Shown here one piece after another: positions 49,373 to 61,430 of a DNA stretch of 64,000 nt. This DNA comes from the human T2T-CHM13v2.0 reference genome, Homo sapiens. Under the pieces are notes generated by a model that was given only the letters and a program-made list of their open reading frames with translations, searched no databases and was not told the DNA's origin. The number at the start of each line of letters is the position of its first letter. Position 1 is the first letter of the stretch. The translations under genes were made by a program, and so were the position numbers. The stretch is from assembly GCF_009914755.1 (NCBI RefSeq), contig NC_060925.1; one strand, given 5' to 3'.

Positions 49373-49669
49373 TAGAGGGCAGCTGCCCCATGCTCTGCCC
49401 ACTCTGCCAAACAGCCAGGGCCTCTGCCAGGTGGGTTCTGTCTTGTGGGGAGGAGCATCGAAGGGAAATGAATGTTCCTGCCAGTCAGCCACCTCAGCCC
49501 ACAGACTGTCAGCACAGGGCCTGCCCGGCTTTGCAGATGCAGAAACAGGGTCAGCAAGGGAATGTGATTTTCCCAAAGTGACAGGGAGTGGGGATGACTG
49601 GAACACAGGCCTCCTGATTCCCTGTCCAGTGTTCTTTCTGCTGTACAATACGTACCACTCAGCCACGAG

Positions 49670-49900
49670 AGCCTACTCATCCCTCAAAACCCTACTCAAA
49701 GAGCCCTTCCTCCATGGTGTCTCCTCAGGGCCCACGATGTCCGTTAGGGCCTCCTCCTGACCACTGTCTTCAGTCCCCTCCCCTCTGGACTGAGCTGTCA
49801 TCCAGGCAGCAGCTGTGATGATCCCATCTCTGTGCCTCTGTTCCCAGCACAGGGCCTCTGCACAGAGCAGGTGCTGAATGAATGAATGAATGAATGAGAG
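49670..49900 (+). mobile_element. L2 3' end with (GAAT)n tail
   Basis: CCCAGCACAGGGCC...CAGGTGCTGAATGAATGAATGAATGAATGA. Confidence 0.7.
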
Positions 49901-50059
49901 TAAATAGGATCAGTCAAATCTGGATGTGAACCTCCAGACCACCTCTCTCATTAGTTTTGTGACCACTAGTGAGTTTCTTCACTTCTCTGGTCCTCAGTTT
50001 TCTCATCTCTAAAGTGGATCCCTGACAGGGTTGGAAAATAAGTTACATAATGCAATCCT

Positions 50060-51260
50060 TCATTTACACACATAATGAACACGCACTGTGTGCCAGCAGG
50101 CTCTGATGGGTGCCGGGTCAACAGTGGGGAGGAACTTGCCTCCAGGGAGCTTAGAGTTTGGTGGGGCAAACAGATAATGAGAAAGCATATGAATGAATGA
50201 ATGAATGAATAAATGACTATTCCATTGTGATAAGTGCCAGGAAGGAAAAGCCAAAAGGAGATGATAGGGAATACTGGGTGTTGGGGGGTCTAATTTATAC
50301 ATGGTGTTCAGGGAAGGGTTCTTCAAGGTGAGAACACTTGAAGCCAAATCTGGAGGAGAGGGAACGAGCTATGTGCCTGAGAGAAATGCTCCAGGTAGAG
50401 GGAACAGCACGTGCAACACTTGTACAAGGCAGCTGACAGGGAGAATCAGCATCACCATCAGGGTGTCCATGCTGTGTCCTCCGAAGGGCTCTGCAGGCTG
50501 ACCCAGGACTACTTGGGTGAGGAGGAGCGGGAGGAGGAGGAAGAGACTGTGCTCAAGTGCCCTTTACTCATGCATTCATTCAGCACACGTCTGTTGGGCT
50601 CCATGTCTGTGCAGACACAACACTTCACTGCTAGCACTGAGGACAACGTGTGGACAGCCCTGTCCTTGCCCCTCCCCCTGCCCCTGCCTCATAGCACTTA
50701 GTCAGGAGGAGCTGCCCTTGGGCTCTGGCAAGTGCGGAGCGTTCCCAGCTTGAGCAGAACAGATGGCAAGAGGACCTGGCCTGGCACAGGTAGAGGGCAA
50801 GAGGAGTGAGGTCCAAGGGGGCCTCCCTGCAGATATGCTGTTGAGCCGAGACCTGCAGGATAAAGGAGTTAGTGTGCCAAGTGAAGGGCAGGAGTCATCC
50901 TAAAAGCAATGGTGAGCTATTGATGGCTTTAAGCAGGAGAGTGCCATGATCAAAATTGTAGATCTCACATGTGGAACAGATTGAAGGGTGAGGGCTAGGG
51001 CATACGTAAGGAGAAGAGCTTAGGTGGTGATGACAATGGCCTAGGGCAGGCTGCTGGCAGACAGAAGAGGGCTTGGGTATGCTTAGGTGGTGAATCTGCA
51101 CAATGGGGCCATGGACCAGGCAGGGGAAAGGAAAGGTGACTAGGAAGGAGTCGGTAGGGACCCCACAGGTTTCCAGCTCACGGAAGTGGCACCCGAAGGT
51201 GCCAGCTGGGGCTGAGTGCCTTTGAGATGTCCAAGCAGAGATGCAGGGCAGGTGGTGAGA
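50060..51260 (-). mobile_element. L2 fragments
   Basis: TCAGGGAAGGGTTCTTCAAGGTGA...TCCAGGTAGAGGGAACAGCACGTGCAA; CATTCATTCAGCA; GGCTTTAAGCAGGAGAGTGCCATGATCA. Confidence 0.65.
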
Positions 51261-52149
51261 GATGCTCAGAGGGGATGCTCACACAGGCTTCACTCGCTCC
51301 GCAGCAATCAAAGCATGGCCCTGAAGAAGCTCCCCTGGAGGGGAAGCACAGAGGGGGCCCTCAAATCAATGGCTTGATTGAGGGAAGCTGCCGGGAAAGG
51401 ACAATTAGAGGGCAGAGGACCCCCAGCCCCTGTCTCCCAAGGGTACTGCCCCTGCAGTCAGACTGCCCTTGGCCTCCTTCCTTCGTGCCAGCTGAGCCAA
51501 GCTCTGATGATGGGAAACCGTTAGTCCTAAGAGGAAAGGGATCTACTAGGTGCAAGGGGTCAAGGGGGACGAAGGGCATCCTTTCCGCTGGGGAACCAGA
51601 TGAGGGGCTGTGCCAGGGACTCTCAAAGACAAGAATGCTTCTCAGGGTGAGATAGAGGGGGGCATTCCTGTTGGGAAGCTCTCACCCCTCACCAAGCTCA
51701 CCTCTCTCTAGCACACCTTACATCTGAGCTCCAGGATCTTGCCACTGCACTAGCCTAAGACGTCTTGGAATGCTGGCCCATGATTACCCCTGCTGCCTCT
51801 CCTGGAGCCCAGCACACAGCCTCAGCATCAGAGGACTTGCTCAGTGAAGAGTCACGGAATGCCTTTCAGTAGAGGAAGCCACATGCCAATCAGAGCAGCC
51901 AGAAAGGTCATCTGCGGGAGAAGTGAGAGTGGCCTGGAGGAGGCCCCCGACCCTGAAGGCCAACAGAAAGCATGTGGGGAGCCACTCCAGGGTTCTGGGC
52001 AAGGCAGCATTGTGTGGCATGTGTGGGTCTCCAGGACTCTTGGGGTGGGGACGGGGGCTGAGGCCAGCAGCAGGAGCACAGGTAGCACATGTCTGTGTTC
52101 CAAAGGACAGGTCCCTGAGGTTCCCCTGATTACTGTAAGGAGGCTGGGG

Positions 52150-53290
52150 AAAGAGTGTGCATGCACATACATATGCATACACAGGTCCACACACACGCAG
52201 AGAAGCACATGTGTACACACCTGTGCACGCACAAGGACACACACATGCATAGACAAATCACAGAAAAAAACCAGCTACAGACACATGAGTTCAGGCCACA
52301 GAAAGGTGCCCTTCCTCACACAAGTATAAGTGCATAGTGGGCAAGTGCCTGCAGGTGTGGACCCAGAGACACATGCCTGTGTGTACCCACCTGTGCACAT
52401 GCACGTTCACACACACGAACACACACACACAGGTCCATAGGAGCCCTGGGTAAGGGCCTATTCCTTTGAGAACAGGCAGGAAGCCCAAGCCAGCTCTACA
52501 TTGGATGGTGGTGCTATAAGTGGTGTCAGGGTGGTAGACAGAGGCCTCAGCCACATGGGCCTCCAACCCCAAGCAGCCTTCAGCAGTGAGGGGCCACCCC
52601 AGAGTGGGTCCTGAGCTCACTGATTTGCTGAGGCTCAGATGAGCAGCCCGCCAGCCAGCTGCTTCCCCTCCTGAAATAGCAGCCCTAAATAAGTGACAGC
52701 CCACCTGGCTAAGGGTAGGGCCTGGCATGGCTGTCATCAACCCTGCCAGCAGGACAGGAAGGGGCAGGTGTGGGGCGGTGGGGTACAGGGGCTGGGCCTG
52801 ACCCAACACCACCCCAACTGTGCTTCCCCGTCCACACACCGAGCAGCGCACACGTGCACACAAACACGTGGATGGATACACAGAGGCTGACAGGCACACT
52901 CACAGCACCCAACACACAGTGGAACACAGGCACTGAGTCACAGGCCCTCTCTGGGAGGCCCCGCACATCACTCAAACCCAGAACCACAGACACAGCACAC
53001 ACAGACATACCCCCGCCCCCGGAGAACACGCATGCACACACAGGCTGCCCTGCTCCATACAAACACAGGGCACATGCACATACATTCACACACAAGCATA
53101 TCTGGACAGCTGCAGCCAAGCATACTGAACAGGCTACCTCAAGCACTCACACATGTGAACACAACAACAGAAGGCTCAGAAACACCCTGGCACATGCTGT
53201 GTAGACAAAGACACAACCAGCACACCAAGGCGTTCAGGACCAGACACACTTGCACACATTCACGCAAGTGCTCATGCACACATCCAGAGT
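52150..53290. repeat. CA-rich low-complexity tracts (52150-52435 and 52830-53290)
   Basis: Degenerate CACA/ACAC/GCACAC runs. Similar tracts lie at 21360-21500 and 22280-22800. Confidence 0.7.
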
Positions 53291-54249
53291 GTCTGTGGCC
53301 TTTCTGACTCACAACCTCATCCCTGTCAGTAAGGATCCCCCGCTGGCCACCAGGGCCAGGGTCTGGTGTTTTGGCTGGCCAGCCATGGCCTGTGGCCAAG
53401 GCCTTCTTAACAAAGGCTCGGCATCAGACCAGATTCTCAGAACTGGTAGGTGACGGTGAGGAAGACAAGGTTCTTGGTGACACCTCCTCCTGCAGGCCTC
53501 CAGGCTCCACCAACAGCCAGAGCGGGGCCTGTGGGGGCTTCAGTGGCTCAGTGGGGGAGGAGTCCTGAGCCGTGGGGTGCTCGGCCTGGGGGACGGCAGG
53601 CCCTAGAACTCTGCTCCCCGCCCTTTTCAACATCATCCTCTCCCCTTCTCAGACTAAGCCAGCAAATGGCTGAGCCAGGGAAGCAAGAGAGGGGAAGAGG
53701 CCCTTGGAAGACAGGGCTGAGGGTGGGAAGCAGGCAGCGTGATTGGTAGGAAGGGGTGGCCACCTTGGCTGGGGACTGGGCCAAGGTGCTGCATAGGCAG
53801 AAGCCCAGAAGAGAAAGTTACTTAGGAAGATGAAATGACTCAGGGCAGCATCTCACCAGCAGCCATTTAAATGACTCAAAGCCTCATCGTGAAACTGCCA
53901 CAATTTACCCAGACGGCAGCATTCCGCATGCCCACCGGAGAGGGAAAAACCCGCTAACTCCTTCCACGCTGGTGTGTGGGCAGCCAGGCTTCCCAGCTCC
54001 CAAGAAAACAGCTGCCCAGGGCCATGTCCACCCCACACCACTCTCGACCATCACATGCCATGGCCAAGCTGAATCCTTGCAAGGCTTCCAAAGAACTGAG
54101 AGAGGCGGACCCTGAGCCCAGCATCCTTGGGAAGGTGAGGGGAGCACAGAACAAAAGCCCCCGAGGTGCACAGGAAACATTTCAGGTGAAATGAGACAAA
54201 GGCAGTGGGGAAGTATGAAGCCAGACTGGCCCCGGGCCAACAATTGACT

Positions 54250-54347
54250 CTGGGGGATGAACACATGGTACTTACTGTTCTATTCTCTCTACTCTGGCAT
54301 ATTTTGAAAATTTGAAAATTTTTCTGAAATAAAACATTTTTTAAAAA
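54250..54347 (+). mobile_element. Old L1M (L1ME/L1MC4-like) extreme 3' end
   Basis: CTATTCTCTCTACT...TTTGAAAATTTTTCTGAAATAAAACATTTTTTAAAAA. Confidence 0.55.
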
Positions 54348-54723
54348 GCTTTGTGTCCTCTGTTTTACAGAGAGCAGTCATTCATTGTTCGTTCACTTAC
54401 CCATGCATTCATTCACTGTCCTGTGAGTAAAGCACTCTGTCTCCACCCGCATCACTCTGGGCGATGCCCAGCACCCAAGGGAGACCAGGAGCAAGACCCC
54501 CTCTGCTGGAGCAGGCCACAGAGCAGGAGGCTTCGGCAGATGCCACACAGCTATGGAAACGGAGGCTCTGACAAACAGCCTCCAGAATAAGGCTGGGCTG
54601 AGTCCTGAACCCTCATCAGATTGGCTGATTGGGGGCCTGTGCTCTTATCAATAGAGAGAGAGGGACATGTGTTTACTGCAGGGAACTTTCCACAGCAGGT
54701 GGGAGTGTGATCCTGAGGAGCTT

Positions 54724-57700
54724 CCATGAGCCTCTGTGCTCTGTGAGCCTACCTGTTCTGTGAGTCTGTGTGCCCCACGAGCCCGTGTGCCTCATGACTT
54801 TGTGCCCCGTGAGCCTGTGTACCCAGTGAGCCTATGCCCCCTGAGTCTGTGCCCTGTGAGCCTGTGTGCTCTGTGAATCTGTGCCCCGTGAGCCTGTGTG
54901 CCCCATGAGCCTGTGTGCTCTGTGAGTCTGTGCCCTGTGAGCCTGTGTGCCCTGTGACTCTGTGCCCTGTGAGCCTGTGTGCCCCATGACTCTGTGCCCC
55001 TTGAGTCTGTGTGCCCGTGAGTCTCTGCCCCATGAGCCTGTGTGCTCTGAATCTGTGCCCCGTGAGCCTGTGTGCTCCGTGAGTCTGTGCCCCGTGAGCC
55101 TGTGTGCCCCGTGAGCCTGTGTGTCCCGTGAGCCATGTGCCTCATGACTCTGTGCCCCGTGAGCCTGTGTGCCCTGTGAGTCTATGCCCCATGAGCATGT
55201 GTGCCCCATGACTCTGCGCCCCATGACTCTGTGCCCCGTGAGCCTATGTGCTCTGTGAGTCTGTGCCCCGTGAGCCTGTGTGCCCCATGACTCTGTGCCC
55301 CATAAGCCTGTGTGCCCCGTGTCCTGTGCCCCGTGAGCCTGTGTGCTCTGTGAGTCTGTGCCCTGTGAGTCTCTGTGCCCCGTGAGCCTGTGTGCCCTGT
55401 GACTGTGCCCCGTAAGCCTGTGCCCCATGAGCATCTGTGATCTGTGAGTCTGTGCCCCGTGACTCTGTGCCCCATGAGCCTGTGTGCCCCGTGAGCCTGT
55501 GTGCTCTGTGAGTCTGTGCCCCATAAGCCTGTGTGTCCTGTGAGCATGTGTGTCCCATGAGTCTGTGCCCCGTGACTCTGTGCCCAATGAACCTATGTGT
55601 CCCGTGAGCCTGTGTGTCCCATGACTCTGTGCCCCGTGAGTCTGTGTGCCCCGTGACTCTGTGCCCCTGAGTCTGTGTGCCCTGTGAGTCTGTGCCCCGT
55701 GAGCCTGTGTGCCCCATGAGCCTGTGTGTCCCATGACTCTGTGCCCCGTGAGTCTGTGTGCCCCATGACTCTGTGCCCCCTGAGTCTGTGTGCCCGGTGA
55801 GTCTGTGCCCCATGAGCCTGTGTGCTCTTTGAATCTTTGCTCCGTGAGCCTGTGTGCTCTTTGAATCTGCGCCCTGTGAGCCTGTGTGCCCCGTGAGTCT
55901 GTGTCCCATGAGTCTGTGTGCCCCGTGACTCTGTGCCCTGAGTCTGTGTGCCCTGTGAGTCTGTGCCCCTGAGTCTGTGTGCCCTGTGAGTCTGTGCCCC
56001 GTGAGCCTGTGTGCCCCGTGAGCCTGTGTGTCCCATGACTCTGTGCCCCGTGAGTCTGTGTGCCCCATGACTCTGTGCCCCCTGAGTCTGTGTGCCCGGT
56101 GAGTCTGTGCCCCATGAGCCTGTGTGCTCTTTGAATCTTTGCTCCATGAGCCTGTGTGCTCTTTGAATCTGCGCCCTGTGAGCCTGTGTGCCCCGTGAGT
56201 CTGTGCCCCGTGACTCTGTGCCCCGAGTCTGTGTGCCCTGTGAGTCTGTGCCCCCTAAGTCTGTGTGCTCTGTGAGTCTGTGCTCCATGAGTCTGTGCCC
56301 CATAAGCCTGTGTGTCCCGTGAGCCTGTGTGCCCTGTGAGTCTGTGCCCTGTGACTCTGTGCCCTGTGAGCCTATGTGTCCTGTGAACCTGTGTGCCCTG
56401 TGAGCCTGTGTGCCCTGTGACTGTGTGCCCAATGAGCCTGTGTCCCGTGAGCCTGTGTGCCCTGTGAGTCTGTGCCTTGTGACTCTGTGCCCCATGACTC
56501 TGTGCCCCGTGAGCCTGTGTGTCCCATGAACCTGTGTGCCCTGCGAGCCTGTGTGCCCTGTGACTGTGTGCCCAATGAGCCTGTGTCCCGTGAGCCTGTG
56601 TGCCCTGTGAGTCTGTGCCTTGTGACTCTGTGCCCCATGAGCCTGTGTGTCCTGTGAGCCTGTGTGCCCTGTGAGTCTGTGCCTTGTGACTCTGTGCCCC
56701 ATGAGCCTGTGTGCCCTGTGAGCCTGTGTGCCCTGTGAGCCTGCACCCCATGAGCCTCTGTGACCTGTGAGTTTGTGAGTCTGTGCCCCGTGACTCTGTG
56801 CCCCATGAGCCTGTGTGCCCTGTGAGTCTGTGTGCCCTGTGAGCCTGCACCCCATGAGCGTCTATGACCTGTGAGTCTGTGAGTCTGTGCCCCATGACTC
56901 TGTGCCCCATGAACCTGTGTGTCCTGTGAGCCTGTGTGCCCTGTGAGCCTGTGTGTCCCATGACTCTGTGTCCCGTGAGCCTGTGTGCCCTGTGAACCTG
57001 TGTGCCCCATGACTCTGTGTCCCATGACCTGTGTGTCCGGTAAGTCTGTGCCCCGTGAGCCTGTGCCTGTGAGCCTGTGCCCTGTGAGCCTCTGTGCCCC
57101 ATGACTCTGTGTGCCCGGTGAGCCTGTGTGTCCCGTGAGCCTGTGTGCCCTGTGAGTCTGTGTGCCCTGTGAGCCTGCACCCCATGAGCCTCTGTGATCT
57201 GTGAGTCTGTGAGTCTGTGCCCCGTGACTCTGTGCCCCATGAGCCTGTGTGGCCCCTGACTCTGTGCCCTGTGAGCCTGTGTGCCCTGTGACTGTGTGCC
57301 CTGTGAGCCTGTGTGCCCTGTAAGCCTGGGTGTCCCATGACTGTGTGCTCCATGAGCCTGTGTGCCCCATGACTCTGTACCCCATGAGCCTGTGTGCCCC
57401 GTAACTCTGTGCCCTGTGAGCCTATGTGTCCCATAAGCTTGTATGCCCTGTGAGTCTGTGTGCCCTGTGACTCTGTGCCCCTTGAGCCTGTGTGCTTTGT
57501 GAGTCGGTGTGTCCCATGAGTCTGTGCGCCCCATTGAGTCTGTGTGCCCTGTGAGCCTGTGTGCCCTGTGAGCCTGTGTACCCCATGACTCTGTGCCCCA
57601 TGAGCCTGTGTGCCCTGTGAGTCTGTGTGCCCTGTGAGCCTGTGTGCCCCATGAGCCGTGTGCCCCATGATTCTGTGCCCCATGAGCCTGTGTGCCCTGT

Positions 57701-58165
57701 GAGCCTGTGTGCCCCATGACTCTGTGCCCTGTGAGCCTGTGTGCCCTGTGAGTCTATGCCCCATGAGCCTCTGTGCCCCGTGAGTCTGTGTGCCCCATAA
57801 GTCTGTGTGCCCCGCGAGTCTGTGTGCCCTGTGAGCCTGTGTGCCCTGTGAGCCATGTGCCCCATGACTCTGTGCCCCATAAGCCTGTGTGCTCTGTGAG
57901 TCTGTGCCTCGTGAGCCTGTGCCCCTTGAGCCTGTGTGCCCTGTGAGCCTGTGTGCCCTGTGAGTCTGTGCCCCCGAGCCTCTGTGACCCATGAGCCTGT
58001 GTGCCCTGTGAGCCTGTGACCCATGAGTCTGTGTGCCCTGTGACTCTGTGACCCGTGAGCCTGTGACCCATGAGCCTGTGTACCCCGTGACTCTGTGCCC
58101 CATGAGCCTGTGTGACCCGTGAACCTGTTTGCCCCATGAGCTTGTGTGCCCTGTAAGCCTGTGTG
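54724..58165. repeat. Large minisatellite/VNTR of interspersed 17-bp and 15-bp units
   Basis: Units GAGCCTGTGTGCCC(CAT/TGT/CGT) and GA(C/G)TCTGTGCCC(CAT/CGT/TGT). The array spans ~3.4 kb, roughly 210-220 units (length divided by ~16). Confidence 0.98.
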
Positions 58166-59539
58166 GTCTGCAATTGCAGCTCCGGTATTTAACGCAGTAC
58201 TTGGCACCTGTACTTACTCAATAAACATCACTGGGTGAATGGAAGTTAGAGGCCAGTGGGGTACTGGAAGCCCCTGGAGAAAGCAGGGGACACTGGGAAC
58301 AGAGTGAGGCATGTGAAGGGACCTGGGATGGCTAAGCAACCGCCTCTAGGCACGGGGTCCACTCCTGGGCTGGGCCCATGTTCTTCTGGCCCACTTCAGA
58401 GTCTCTGAGAAATAGAGGAGCAGAGCAGAGCCCTGTATCCAGCCTCAAGGCCAGTCCAATCAGCACCTCCCAGACTTCCGCTGCTAAGCCTGGCTCCTTG
58501 GAGGCTGCTCCATTCACCCCCTAGACACAGAACTGCCCTCTGGGCCTATTTGGTCAGCTCTGCTGCCTGGTATATCAGCATCCCTCCTTCCCCCACCCTG
58601 CGATGACCAACCAGGCCGAGGGAGTAAGCATCTCAAGGTCCCTTCTAGCCTAGGACAAGCTGGGGAGATGGGGTGGGAGACAAAGTGCAATCCCTCAGAG
58701 AGGAAAGAGTGCTGATTTGGGATTCATCAGGGAAGCACAACACATAGGTCACCACCAAACAGCTTTGGGGTGGGTCAGTGGTCATTCCACTGCTAAAGCC
58801 ACATACATGGAGACGACCTGTCTTCAACTCTCATATCCCAGGAACAGCAGCTCTCTTGTTATCCTGTCCCTGTTTCGCTGGTTTCTGCAGACATCCGGTG
58901 ATGCCTCTTCTCCCCTGCACATGGAGGTAGGCTCCATGCAACACACTGCGTGCACACACGTGCCCACCTGTGCACACACCCACATCCTCACTCAGCCGCC
59001 TGCCCTCAAGCACCCACCATCCCTCCCTCCACAATCCTGCCTGGCTCAGGCCCAGGCTAGGGGTGAAGGGGCATACGGAGGCAAGCAGGAAAGGGGCCTT
59101 GGCCTGAATTCCAAAGTCTGAAATAGCCCACCACAAATTATCTTTGTTCTGACAGGCTGATTAGCATAATTATCCCATCAGAGGAAAAAAAAGCAGAAGA
59201 GAGAGGACGAGGACAGTGGTAGAAAGAGAGACAGCCAGGGGCAGAGACAAAGAAAGCAGCAGGCACTGAGAGGGGTGGCTCTCAGGAGGCCACAGCCCAC
59301 GAGCAAGCACAGATGCCCACCGGGCCCCAGGCACAGCCCTGGGGGAGCCCCTTCCCTCCGACAGGCCAGGCTTGCTGTGGGCTTCAGGGCCTATCTGTGA
59401 GACGGGAGGGCTCAACAAAGTGATCTCCAGGGTCCTGCTGGCTCCGACATGAATGTCTCGAGATGGCAGAGCCAGGATGTGTTCGATGAAATCATTTTGC
59501 CGAAGGATGCAAAGACCCGTGAATGAAGGTTGTCCTGCT

Positions 59540-59860
59540 TTCATTCAAGTCACATCTCTTTGTTCTCCAGCCCACCTTATCAAGAGCCCAGAATGTGAGT
59601 GCCCCTGCTCTGCAATGGCACTGTCCTAGGTGCGGGGGACTCAGCAGTAATCAGGACAACCAACCACCCTTGCTCTCGAGCTCACAGCCTGGTGGAAGGG
59701 GACAGAGAAACCCAGCCAGATGATTCCACATGTGGTGAGAACTGGTCTAAGAGCCAGAGTCCAGGGTGCTCTGGGGATGCAGATGAAGGACCCCTGATCC
59801 AGACATGCTGGTGGGAAGACACAGAAAAATTCAAAAGGAAGGGAGGCTCACAGAAGGACT
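59540..59860 (-). mobile_element. L2 fragment
   Basis: GGCACTGTCCTAGGTGCGGGGGACTCAGCAGTAATCAGGACA...GAGCTCACAGCCTGGTGG. Confidence 0.7.
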
Positions 59861-60557
59861 GAGTGATGGGCAGTTGCTGGCCAGGCGGGGCAGGAGCACC
59901 GGCCCTGCACAGACAATTCCAGACATCACGAGGCATGGCTTCTGCCCCTGGCCACCCAGTACCTGCTTCTGAACAGGTTCGCATGTATCAGCTTCTCCTC
60001 TTCTACTAGATGCAAAGATCCTTGCAAAGAGGCACTCTCCATTCCTCTTATCTCTGTCACAGTCCTGGGCACACAACAGGCTTAATACATCCTCACTGAA
60101 TGCATGTTCGGTCCATTCCCAGAAACAAGCCACAGATGGAAGATCCTAGCCTCAGGTCCCTGGGGCTCCCTCTGGTATCCCCTAGGTACATGCATGCCCC
60201 AGGGGTTAATCTCAGCCCCACGCCGCTTTTCAAGAAAGAATTAAAGGGATGGGTCTAGATTCAGGGGAAGGAGACAGGAAAGGGACTGAGGGCCAAGAAA
60301 CCCAGAAGACCTGGAGACTCCTAAGCCAGGGCCCTGGGTTTGTGTGCAGTGGGGCCTGAGGCGAGCAAGCAGACGGTGGCTGAAGTGGTTAGCGGTGGAG
60401 GAAAGTGAGAGAGAGGGAGAGGAAGAGAGAGAGAGAGAGAGAGAGAGAACAGAAGTGAACAAAAAGTCAGAGGGAGAAGGAGATATGGAGAGGCAAAGAG
60501 AGGGACCAAGCCAGGTGGATAAAGACCAATACAAACGGATAAAAAATGAAGGAAGGA

Positions 60558-60682
60558 GGGAGGTTGAGGCAGGAGGATAGCTTGAACCCGGGAGGCGGAG
60601 GTTGCAGTGAGCCGAGATCGTGCCACTGCACTCCAGCCTGGGCAACAGAGCGAGACTCCCTCTCAAAAAAAAAAAAAAAAAA
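60558..60682 (+). mobile_element. 5'-truncated Alu (right monomer only) with A tail
   Basis: GGAGG.TGAGGCAGGAG...GAACCCGGGAGGCGGAGGTTGCAGTGAGCCGAGATCG...TCTC(A)18. A likely TSD core GAAGGAAGGA lies at 60548-60557 and 60687-60696. Confidence 0.93.
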
Positions 60683-61214
60683 GGAGGAAGGAAGGAAAGA
60701 GAAAAATCTAGAGGGACATGATGAGGAGAGAGATGACCTGGGGTGGGTAGAGGTGGCCAAGGGCAATGCAAAGGACAGAAAGGGTGAAGGAAGACAGAGT
60801 CAGACAGCTTCCATTCCAGGAGGAGAGAGGAACTTGGAAGGGGGAGGAGAAGGAAGGACAGACATTAGCCAACCCCGAGGTCAGGGACCGAGGCAGGGAG
60901 CCCAGGGGAGGGGTCGGCTGCATGCCCAGTGTCGTCTCCCCATCTGCCTCTCCACAGGAGCTAATCCTTGGTCTTCCACTCCATCAGGCTGGCAGGACTC
61001 TCTCCTTTGCCTCCTGCCCACTTGGCTCCATAAGTACGTCTGGGGGAGGCAAGCGGCGGTAGCAGGCAATAGAGAAAACAGCTCTGGGAATAAACAAACC
61101 CCCCGCTCAGCCTCCTGAGACCAGGACACTCGAGACGCCAGGCAGAACGTGAGAGTCACACCAATGCTTCCCAGTGATTTCCTGCATGCCTGGGAGGAGG
61201 CTTGGGAGTTGCAT

Positions 61215-61430
61215 TAATAACTACGATGGAGAGGAACGCCTTCTGTGTGGCACGCACTTGCTGAGCTCCTTCCATGCATTATCTCACTGAGTCCTCACAA
61301 CCACTCTGAGCCGCATGCCATTACTCGCTCCCTTTGAACATCTGAGGCTCAGAGAGGTCCAAGATCTCACCCAAAGTTGCACAGCTGGGAAGTGGTGGAA
61401 CTGGGATTTGAACCCCTGCTTTTAACTTCT
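61215..61430 (-). mobile_element. MIR
   Basis: CATGCATTATCTCACTGAGTCCTCACAACC...CTGAGGCTCAGAGAGGT...CTGGGATTTGAACCC. Confidence 0.8.

Noticed and set aside
48854-49680. 173-220-aa ORFs on both strands
   Set aside because: They are generated by the purine-rich low-complexity tract plus MIR sequence.
50629-50650. REST/RE1-like motif (AGCACTGAGGACA)
   Set aside because: Too many mismatches to TTCAGCACCACGGACAG, and it lies in L2-derived sequence.
54832-57717. 961-aa ORF (and overlapping 261-420-aa ORFs) as a protein-coding gene
   Set aside because: It lies entirely within the minisatellite. Multiple - strand frames are open simply because the units lack stops on that strand. There is no unique sequence or recognisable domain.
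54724-58165. CRISPR-like array
   Set aside because: The units are contiguous with no unique spacers, there are no cas genes, and the DNA is clearly primate.
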